The position numbers and the translations under genes are program-made. A stretch of DNA of 32,000 nucleotides from contig CP065016.1 of NCBI GenBank assembly GCA_016700375.1, positions 840,001 to 872,000 on the forward strand, written 5' to 3'. This stretch comes from Candidatus Saccharimonadota bacterium. GTDB taxonomy: Bacteria; Patescibacteriota; Saccharimonadia; Saccharimonadales; UBA4665. Shown one piece after another: positions 24,976 to 31,613 of the stretch; positions within the stretch are counted from its first letter, which is position 1; the number at the start of each line of letters is the position of its first letter. Under the pieces are notes generated by a model. It was not told the origin of the DNA. It saw only the letters and a list, made by a program, of their open reading frames with translations, and did not search any database.

Positions 24976-26323
24976 CCGGAGCATTCTTTTTACGAGAGCG
25001 CCATGTCTGGATGGCTACAGCAATGGCAAGGGAAATGGTGAGCAGGTAGAAGGCGATAGCTATAGTGGTTTGTGGTTCTGGGGTTGCTACTTTTCCCGAG
25101 GTGTCCGTCAGACTATTCGCTATGAATAACCCAACTATACTTATGCATCCTAGGACGGCACTCGAGAATCGTGCAAGCCAATGCTTTTGCAGAGCAAGTG
25201 CAAACGCACCAACCAAGAGGAAAAAGACACTCGAAACCCATGGTGTTGTTACGTCTGCGAGCTCATAGAGCTGTACGAGCTTACCTGAATCTTTCAGGAT
25301 GTATATAGGGAAACTCGTCGATACAACCACTCCAAACAATGTAAATGCGTATACATACTCGAGACGGAGGAGTTTTCCTAGGAAATCAGAGGTATATGTC
25401 AGCCATGTTTTTCGGTCTGTCAACCGTAGCTCCTCTTTGTAGAACATCACCTTTGCGGTGAAATAACCGCTGCCAATAAATCCAAGCAAACCTGCCAGAT
25501 AAACCGGCGCATTGAATTGCCGCAAAACCAAGAAGTAGACAGCGACACCGAGAAATGCACCAATAATCCAATATTCGGGCATACGAAAGAGTGTTTGTTC
25601 GAGCTCTTTATCGTCCTTCACGCCGATTAAATCGTTGCCCGCAACGCTCATAAGGTCGGTGTAGGACTGTTTTGTTAGCGGTGTTAATGCGTTTTTTGCA
25701 TAAACTCTAGGGAGTTCAAGCGCTGAGCCATCTGCTTTTTCTGCTCGGAGCAGCGTGGCATCTTTCAGTAAATAGAGAGGTGTATGGTATGCGTTCTTAA
25801 GGATGTGTACCTCATAATCCTCCTCGCTTCCGCTCTTAAGAAATTTCGGATAGTTTCCCTGAATAGAGAGCAGAGTAGGCTGATTCGCCGCTTTTTCGCG
25901 GAAAACTAACTCAGCTGCACATAAGCGTTCACCACGCACGGTGTGGAGCACAAACACTTGCCCATTCGCGAGGCACGACAGTGTTGCAAAAATTGCTCTT
26001 GCAGCCGAATTATTTGTTTTACCAATAGTACTATACGAAAACTGCATCTGGCCCCAGCCCTCAATATCAAGTAAAAATCCCAGGTCCGCAAGCGTAAGCG
26101 CGTATCGTAGCGCCTTATCGCTTTCTTTTTTTCCGAGTTCTAGGGTAGCAAACGGCTCCCCGCTACCAGTTTCGTTATCAACGCTCCCCAATCTCGCAAA
26201 CGCATCTTGCTGGATAATTAAGTTGTCTTTTTCTAGAGGGTAGATATCTGTTTTTGTTATAAGCCGCTCTAGTTCCTTAAAAATATGTATAGGCGAAAGA
26301 GTATCTGTTTCCTTCACGTGCAT
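24962..26323 (-). CDS. Hypothetical membrane protein: ~245-aa cytoplasmic N-terminal domain plus ~6 C-terminal TM helices
   Basis: 453-aa ORF with no motif I recognise. The hydrophobic segments start at WIIGAFLGVAVYFLVL. An alternative start is GTG 26317, 6 nt after AGGAG. Confidence 0.6.
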   Translation of the reverse strand: MHVKETDTLSPIHIFKELERLITKTDIYPLEKDNLIIQQDAFARLGSVDNETGSGEPFATLELGKKESDKALRYALTLADLGFLLDIEGWGQMQFSYSTIGKTNNSAARAIFATLSCLANGQVFVLHTVRGERLCAAELVFREKAANQPTLLSIQGNYPKFLKSGSEEDYEVHILKNAYHTPLYLLKDATLLRAEKADGSALELPRVYAKNALTPLTKQSYTDLMSVAGNDLIGVKDDKELEQTLFRMPEYWIIGAFLGVAVYFLVLRQFNAPVYLAGLLGFIGSGYFTAKVMFYKEELRLTDRKTWLTYTSDFLGKLLRLEYVYAFTLFGVVVSTSFPIYILKDSGKLVQLYELADVTTPWVSSVFFLLVGAFALALQKHWLARFSSAVLGCISIVGLFIANSLTDTSGKVATPEPQTTIAIAFYLLTISLAIAVAIQTWRSRKKNAPATSL

Positions 26324-26383
26324 CTCCTCTGGCGTAGTGTCTCACACCATAGTCTTATCGTAAAGTGTGACATAATAGTATAC

Positions 26384-26899
26384 ATGAACGAAAAGCAAAC
26401 AAATGAGGTGAAGAACATATCTGATGCAAGTCAATCCCAGGTGAAACCAATGCGGCCGACCAAAAAACAAAAGGAACTACTTGCGTTCATAGAGCAGTTT
26501 ATTGTCGAGCATGGCTATAGCCCCAGCTACCGCGAAATCATGAGTGGACTGAACTATACATCTGTTGCGACAGTAGCGCTCCATGTTGGAAACCTCATCA
26601 AGCGCGGTCATCTTATAAAGCGCGACCATAGCGCTCGCTCACTCGAAGTCGTTAACCCCAGCGGGCAAGCCCCAGCGCCATTGTTAACCAACGAAATCAA
26701 AGAGGCAGAGGAAAAGTGGCTCGTTAGTAAGGTTGAAAAACTGTTCGTCGATGCCGAGTCTCAGGCCGTACCAACACCCCAGCAGGTCGAAGACATTGCC
26801 GTCGTTCTCGTGTCGCTCAAAGTGCTCGGGCTTGAGGGCGTTGCCCAGAGCTTTGCCGCTCGCCTGACGACCCTGCGCACCAGCCTCCCGAAACTGTAG
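26384..26899 (+). CDS. LexA-type winged-helix DNA-binding protein lacking the S24 peptidase domain
   Basis: PTKKQKELLAFIEQFIVEHGYSPSYREIMSGLNYTSVATVALHVGNLIKRGHLIKR matches the LexA N-terminal domain. The C-terminal ~75 aa are helical and have no Ala-Gly/Ser/Lys autocleavage motifs. ATG 26384 is preferred; the track start 26285 overlaps the divergent gene. Confidence 0.7.
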   Translation: MNEKQTNEVKNISDASQSQVKPMRPTKKQKELLAFIEQFIVEHGYSPSYREIMSGLNYTSVATVALHVGNLIKRGHLIKRDHSARSLEVVNPSGQAPAPLLTNEIKEAEEKWLVSKVEKLFVDAESQAVPTPQQVEDIAVVLVSLKVLGLEGVAQSFAARLTTLRTSLPKL

Positions 26900-26966
26900 C
26901 ATCACGTAAAAATTACTATATCTAGTGCCTGGGCTTGCGTGCTAGACTCTAGATAGTTTCTCAAAA

Positions 26967-27215
26967 TTTACAAAATAAAATCGGAATGAGGTGAAAATCC
27001 TCAGCTGTGCCGCAACTGTAATCCATGTGCTCTCTTTGTTGAAAAGGAAAAAGAGCAGCCCGAGCAAAAATCACATTTTTTGCCCGGCGCGTCGAGAAAA
27101 AACGTAGTTTTGTCTCGAAACTGGTAAGCCAGACACGATTGTAAAGTCTTCCGAGCAGAAGCGTACACGCGTATTCGCGTATAGCTGCTTACTCTCGGAA
27201 ACGAGGGTATTTTTT
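26967..27215 (+). promoter_or_regulatory. Cobalamin riboswitch-like leader with a terminator/SD-sequestering platform
   Basis: GGAAUGAGGUGAAAAUCCUCAGCUGUGCCGCAACUGUAA (26983-27021) matches the conserved cobalamin core (GGGAA, GGUGnnAAUCC hairpin, CCGCnACUGU). A B12-box-like AGCCAGACAC sits at 27127-27136. TTTACAA (26967-73) is complementary to TTGTAAA (27139-45). A hairpin TACTCTCG-GAAA-CGAGGGTA (27190-27209) plus T6 abuts ATG 27216. Confidence 0.65.
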
Positions 27216-28763
27216 ATGCACGAGCATGCACCGACATTAGACCGTGAAGCACCTGAGGAGGTGCTCTCTGCGGTGGAGGCAGAGTTACTAGGGGACTTGT
27301 CTCTCAGGCTCGCCCTATTAGAGCACGAAGCTGCGGCAAAAGCTGATGAGCTTGCACGGCGTGTTGGAAATGTTGCGATTAATTGCGAGCGAGAAGCCAA
27401 AGAGTCGACGCTGCATGAAGCAATACAGGAGCGAAATACTGAATTGATAGCTGCAAATGCACGTAGCGACGTCATTGAACGCACGTTTAAGGCTGGTCAT
27501 GTCATGGAAGTGCGGCAAACCATAAACGAACGTGGCGATATTGAGCAGCACGGTCAGAGCAGCGAACAGACACAGGCAAACACATTGAAGTACGCAAACG
27601 CCAACCCCATTCTGAAACCGCGCACTCAAGCCGAAACGCGCAACGCATACTATATAGATGCGCTTCGGAGAGAGGGTTTGCTAGAGGAGAATTATGCTGT
27701 AGTCGTTTCGCTTTGCCCAAACGCTGACGACAGTACGCTGGACGAACTTGGCTTCTTTGCGTTCTCCAAATCACTGGTAATACAGGCTACAACAACCAAA
27801 GAGGGTGGCGTTACGACCGAATCTGCTTTTGTTGCGGGAGTGAAACAGGACGGGGAATCGCGCTATGACCATGAGGTAGCCGTTGCCTTCGGGAAAGAGT
27901 TTGGCGAAGATTGGCGTGGGCTCGATGATGCCGGTATCATCAGCCGCGTATTGCTTGTACCAAAAGAGTACATGCCAGATGGCGTCATCGACCTCGTAAA
28001 ACTGTGGGATGACCTTGCTGGCGGCACATTTTTTGGCATGGAAAGGCCACGGCAAGATTATGTACAGTACCTCGAGCAGTGCAAAGAGCGTGAACGGCAG
28101 TTTGAGCCGACGGTACAGAAAATAGTTAATGAACTACTATTGCTCGCACCTGTCATTCGCAGTCCGCTTGAGGCAGTGAAACGTTTGCATGAAGTGTCCG
28201 AACGACACACGCTCGAGAGGGCGCTTGTGGACTACACTATAGATAGCAGAGTTTTTGGCACCAAAGCGGCCCTCGACCTCGAGGAGGCTCGATTCCACTA
28301 TGCAAGAGGCAACATGCATCAGGTCCAGATGGCAATGACCAAGGCCCGCACCAATGCAGCTTCAGGCTCATGTCCGAGCGGTGTGTCTGGCTTGAGGGGG
28401 AAGGGTTCTTTGTATAATGAAGACGGTAGCTTGAAGACCCCTGAACAGATTGCCAAAGAAGAAGCCGAAAGTATCAAAGATGAAGATGAGTATGGCTCTT
28501 TGAACTTTGTCTGCAAGCACGGGCACCCCAATACCCGTCCACGCCACAAGCTTATACCGACCTGTAAGCATTGTGGCGTCAGTGTTGGTTGCGGTCCGAA
28601 GGTGGACGCGAAAAAGAAGCCGAACAAACATATTCCGAAAAGCACCGGTTCCTTGATTGCGCCCGTGTTCTGGGAAGTATCGAGTCTTGTTAACAAGGTT
28701 TCAAATAAATCCCCAAATACGTCTCAGCCGAAAAAACGCCAAGATTACGTTCTTGCGAGCTAA
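27216..28763 (+). CDS. Hypothetical cytoplasmic protein with acidic helical N-terminus and C-terminal zinc-ribbon-like CxH...CxxC
   Basis: 515-aa ORF with no TM segment or signal peptide. The C-terminus reads FVCKHGHPNTRPRHKLIPTCKHCGVSVGCG followed by a basic tail. I could not assign a family by eye. Confidence 0.65.
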   Translation: MHEHAPTLDREAPEEVLSAVEAELLGDLSLRLALLEHEAAAKADELARRVGNVAINCEREAKESTLHEAIQERNTELIAANARSDVIERTFKAGHVMEVRQTINERGDIEQHGQSSEQTQANTLKYANANPILKPRTQAETRNAYYIDALRREGLLEENYAVVVSLCPNADDSTLDELGFFAFSKSLVIQATTTKEGGVTTESAFVAGVKQDGESRYDHEVAVAFGKEFGEDWRGLDDAGIISRVLLVPKEYMPDGVIDLVKLWDDLAGGTFFGMERPRQDYVQYLEQCKERERQFEPTVQKIVNELLLLAPVIRSPLEAVKRLHEVSERHTLERALVDYTIDSRVFGTKAALDLEEARFHYARGNMHQVQMAMTKARTNAASGSCPSGVSGLRGKGSLYNEDGSLKTPEQIAKEEAESIKDEDEYGSLNFVCKHGHPNTRPRHKLIPTCKHCGVSVGCGPKVDAKKKPNKHIPKSTGSLIAPVFWEVSSLVNKVSNKSPNTSQPKKRQDYVLAS

Positions 28764-28791
28764 CGCCAAACTATCGCTATAATGAATGTGT

Positions 28792-28956
28792 ATGAATGAC
28801 ATTGACCCATACGCAGAAATGGTGAAGGAACGAGCTCCGGAGCTGTTTTGCGAAGTCTGCGGGCACTATCCGCTCGAGCCAGTACACGGTCACTTTGCCT
28901 GCCCAGCGTGCAAGAGCATTACCAAATGCTGTGAAGGGATGCCCCTTGATGCGTGA
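28792..28956 (+). CDS. Small (54-aa) zinc-ribbon protein, not in the ORF track
   Basis: Own translation: MNDIDPYAEMVKERAPELFCEVCGHYPLEPVHGHFACPACKSITKCCEGMPLDA. It has CxxC...CxxC spacing. TATAAT at 28778-28783 lies 8 nt upstream. Its stop overlaps the ATG 28949 of the nadD frame by 8 nt. Confidence 0.45.
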   Translation: MNDIDPYAEMVKERAPELFCEVCGHYPLEPVHGHFACPACKSITKCCEGMPLDA

Positions 28957-29611
28957 AAGCTCCGACCTTTCACGGTTACAGCAGGGAGATGAGGTGAAAC
29001 CAACCTCTGTAAAACTGCAATCCCAGGTGAAACGACGTATCGGCATATACTCTGGCACCTTTGACCCAGTGCACGCGGGGCATATTGCCTTTGCGCTGCA
29101 AGCGGCACAGAAGGCGCAGCTTGACACTGTTATTTTTGCGCCGGAACGGAACCCGCACCGCAAACAGCACACCACCCATTTTGCACACCGGGTAGCGATG
29201 ATTCGGAGGGCTATTCGTCCGTACCGTCAATTGGGCATCATAGAGCTTGAAGACAAGACATTTTCTGTGCTTCGCACGCTTCCGCGCCTGAAGCAGGCGT
29301 ACCCGGGCGCCAAACTGGTTTTTTTGTGCGGTTCTGACGTACTGGGTCATATGGTAGATTGGCCACACATAGAGAGTTTATTGTTTGACGTAGATTTGTG
29401 TGTTGGGAGGCGACACAACGAGACCGAACAACAAGTTACTCACGCGGTTGAAGGGCTTCCCGTTATGCCGTCGGCCGTGACTATTTTTGAAAGCCATGCC
29501 GCCAGCGTCAGTTCGAGCCAGGTACGAGCTGCCATTCGTGAAAGGCGCGGCGTACGAGGGCTTCTGTTGAGCGTGAAGGTGTATGCGCAGCGCGAATGGC
29601 TGTATATATAG
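28949..29611 (+). CDS. nadD: Nicotinate-nucleotide adenylyltransferase
   Basis: IGIYSGTFDPVHAGHIAFA ((H/T)xGH motif) and a C-terminal SVSSSQVRAAI (ISSTxxR-like). The start is uncertain: ATG 28949, or GTG 28994 preceded by GGGAG. Confidence 0.8.
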   Translation: MRESSDLSRLQQGDEVKPTSVKLQSQVKRRIGIYSGTFDPVHAGHIAFALQAAQKAQLDTVIFAPERNPHRKQHTTHFAHRVAMIRRAIRPYRQLGIIELEDKTFSVLRTLPRLKQAYPGAKLVFLCGSDVLGHMVDWPHIESLLFDVDLCVGRRHNETEQQVTHAVEGLPVMPSAVTIFESHAASVSSSQVRAAIRERRGVRGLLLSVKVYAQREWLYI

Positions 29612-29656
29612 GCTCAACAGATGTAATACGCTGACAAAATCACCACGTGGCAGCTA

Positions 29657-29686
29657 TTGACCGCACCATAAGTGGGTTGGTATAGT
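29657..29686 (+). promoter_or_regulatory. Candidate promoter TTGACC-18-TGgTATAGT of an orphan short transcript
   Basis: TTGACC at 29657-29662 and TATAGT at 29681-29686, preceded by TGg. Confidence 0.4.
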
Positions 29687-29900
29687 TGTGGTATCTTCTT
29701 TTGCACGGCGAGGTGCAAACAGAGACAAAAATGTTTACAAATTCTACAAAAACAGACAGTGTAGTTTGCTGTGAGTGCGAGGCACGTCGAGCTACGAGGA
29801 GGTTTCATGTCTATACCAGTTAAGCTAGCCTACGACACGCCGTCGTTGGTCCGGGTTCGAGTCAAACGACCCGGCTGGCAGCAGTACATACATTACTAAC

Positions 29901-29927
29901 AAAAAAGGGCTGTTTTGCCCCTTTTTT
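29901..29927. terminator. Bidirectional intrinsic terminator between convergent units
   Basis: AAAAAAGGGC-TGTTTT-GCCCCTTTTTT: a GC stem flanked by an A-tract and a T-tract, lying between the + strand unit and the minus-strand DsbA-like gene. Confidence 0.6.
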
Positions 29928-29944
29928 GTTATGTCACCGCAATA

Positions 29945-30625
29945 CTACTTGAAGTCTGTAAGTGCTTCGTCTAAAACCTTGCTAAACGCATCAAGATTAG
30001 GCTGCTGGCCGCTTAGGAGGCGGCTGCTGTCAATTTTTTTGCCATTCAGGAAGAAGGTCGGGGTCGACAGTTGCTCCTTGGTAGCCTTGAATTCATCAAG
30101 GTCAGCGTTTATTCGTGTATTTACAGCTGTACTCGCAAAGTCCTTTTTAAATGTGGTCGTGTTTAGACCAAGCTGTTCTGCATATTTTACAAAATAGTCC
30201 GAGAGCGGGTCTTTGCTGGCAACCCACCCGCTTTGACCGTATGGGTCTTGGTTTTCGTAAAGCAGGTCATGCATTTCCCAGAACTTCCCTTGCATATCGG
30301 CCGCTTCGGCCGCACGAGCACCGGCAAATGCATTTGGGTGTAGGGAAGTGAGGGGAAGGTTACGGAATTGGAACCGGACACGGTCCGCGTATTTTTCTTT
30401 AACCTGTTTTGTTACGGGGTAAAAGCTTTTGCAGGCGGGGCATTGGTAGTCGCCGTATTCGGTAAGGGTAACTTTGCTGTCGAGTTTACCAGCGAAATGA
30501 CTTGTTGTTTTTGACTCGTTTCCCGTCTTGCCTCCTGGGCTATCCTGACTTTTGTTGTTCATGGCAATAATGCCGCCAAAAGCCACAATAATTATCCCGA
30601 CAATAGCCCAAAATCGTTTATCCAT
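29945..30625 (-). CDS. DsbA-family thiol:disulfide oxidoreductase, membrane-anchored
   Basis: MDKRFWAIVGIIIVAFGGIIA anchor and YGDYQCPACKSFYP (CxxC) thioredoxin-fold motif. ATG 30625 lies 7 nt after AGGAGG. The track start 30715 runs into the IS. Confidence 0.8.
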   Translation of the reverse strand: MDKRFWAIVGIIIVAFGGIIAMNNKSQDSPGGKTGNESKTTSHFAGKLDSKVTLTEYGDYQCPACKSFYPVTKQVKEKYADRVRFQFRNLPLTSLHPNAFAGARAAEAADMQGKFWEMHDLLYENQDPYGQSGWVASKDPLSDYFVKYAEQLGLNTTTFKKDFASTAVNTRINADLDEFKATKEQLSTPTFFLNGKKIDSSRLLSGQQPNLDAFSKVLDEALTDFK

Positions 30626-30688
30626 ACGTAATCCTCCTGTTGTCTTAGCTATGGTACCACATCTTGGTAACCGCCGAGCAAAGTCAGG

Positions 30689-31578
30689 CTCTGTCAACGA
30701 ACATGGAACAAGCAAACCTGTAGGTAGGTGAATGGTGAGTCAAAAAGATGCGGCTGGTTATGCCGAGCCATCCATTCATTAAGAACCGTTTGAAGATTCT
30801 TGGTAGGTACGCAGCCATAGAGTTTTCGTAAGTACCGCTTTATCTCGCTCCAGATGCGTTCAATCTGGTTTGTTCCAGCAAACTGTCCAGTGCTATGGTT
30901 CCAGCTCTCGTGGGTATAGCCAAGCAGCGGCAAATCCTGGTAGGCATACCACTTGTCAGTGGCGACATTTGTTCCTGACTTTACGGTATCCAGTACGAAT
31001 TGTTCTAGGACATCCTGTCCTCTGGAATTCGTTATCCTGAGTGCAATACGGTCAGTATCCGGTTCAATTGCTCCAGTCACAATTGTCTGCGGCTGTGTGC
31101 TCTTCAGCTTCCCGAAGTAGCTCTCGTCTATCTGCACGAGGCCGCATAGAATAGTGTCTGATTCATCCGGCAGATGACACCTGAACCGTCCGTACCACCG
31201 CTCAACTGTTGGGTAGCTGACATGCGCTACCAAACATGCGGTGTCGGGGCTCTTTTGTACTGCCAGCACCAGAGCAGGACGAAGAGCTGTCTGGGGCTCA
31301 GCTTCATGCCGTACAACCAAGAACCTTGATGAGCTGTTGGCCGATACTTCCGACGGCACTGCGAGCATCATGCATAGCGACGCACATACTGAAGCTTTAG
31401 TGTTTGTGTGCATCGTGAACAACGGAGTGTGTCACCAAATGCTAGTTTGTTAAGGAACACCCAGCACTTCTTATTACTAGGAATGTCTGTTAATTTAGTC
31501 ATGGAACAACCTTTCTATTCTTGTTAGCTTTGACACTACAAGTTTAGCGGTTGTTCCGTTTTAGTTTAATGAGCCCAA
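30689..31578 (-). mobile_element. IS1595-family insertion sequence (~890 bp), decayed
   Basis: It is flanked by an 8-bp direct repeat AAGTCAGG (30681-30688 and 31579-31586). Imperfect terminal inverted repeats are present: CTCTGTCAACGAACATGGAAC at 30689-30709 versus 31553-31573, 15/21 identical. It contains an IS1595-type transposase. The exact right tip is uncertain by ~5 nt. Confidence 0.6.
30694..31502 (-). pseudogene. IS1595-family (ISXO2-like) DDE transposase, disrupted by an in-frame TGA and a frameshift
   Basis: Frame A from ATG 31502 reads MTKLTDIPSNKKCWVFLNKLAFGDTLRCSRCTQTLKLQYVRRYA*CSQCRRKYRPT...LFVLLWCWQYK (Zn-ribbon, TGA at 31368-31370). The homology then continues in the -1 frame from ~31255: SPDTACLVAHVSYPTVERWY...VQIDESYFGK...TDKWYAYQDL...TNQIERIWSEIKRYL. 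Confidence 0.7.
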
Positions 31579-31613
31579 AAGTCAGGAGGACTTGAGGTAT
31601 AATAGACGGGTAT

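Noticed and set aside
26900-26966. Intrinsic terminator for the LexA-like gene (ATCTAG...CTAGAT pairing)
   Set aside because: Only short AT-rich complementarity is present with no following T-tract, which is not convincing as a terminator.
29612-29900. A complete tRNA, tmRNA, SRP RNA or RNase P RNA gene
   Set aside because: Only a T-arm/acceptor-like 3' fragment with a 7-nt insert is present. I found no complementary 5' acceptor strand, D-arm or anticodon arm, and no conserved SRP or RNase P motifs.
31250-31260. Programmed -1 ribosomal frameshift in the IS transposase
   Set aside because: The shift site (TAC AAA AGA) is not an X XXY YYZ slippery heptamer. IS1595-family transposases are not known to use frameshifting, and the gene also has a nonsense codon.
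31368-31370. In-frame TGA in the transposase as evidence of an alternative genetic code (TGA as Trp or Gly, as in some CPR lineages)
   Set aside because: TGA clearly terminates genes elsewhere in this window, in tight ATGA/TGATG overlaps (2684-2686, 4877-4879, 10079-10081). The same gene also carries a frameshift, so simple decay is the better explanation.
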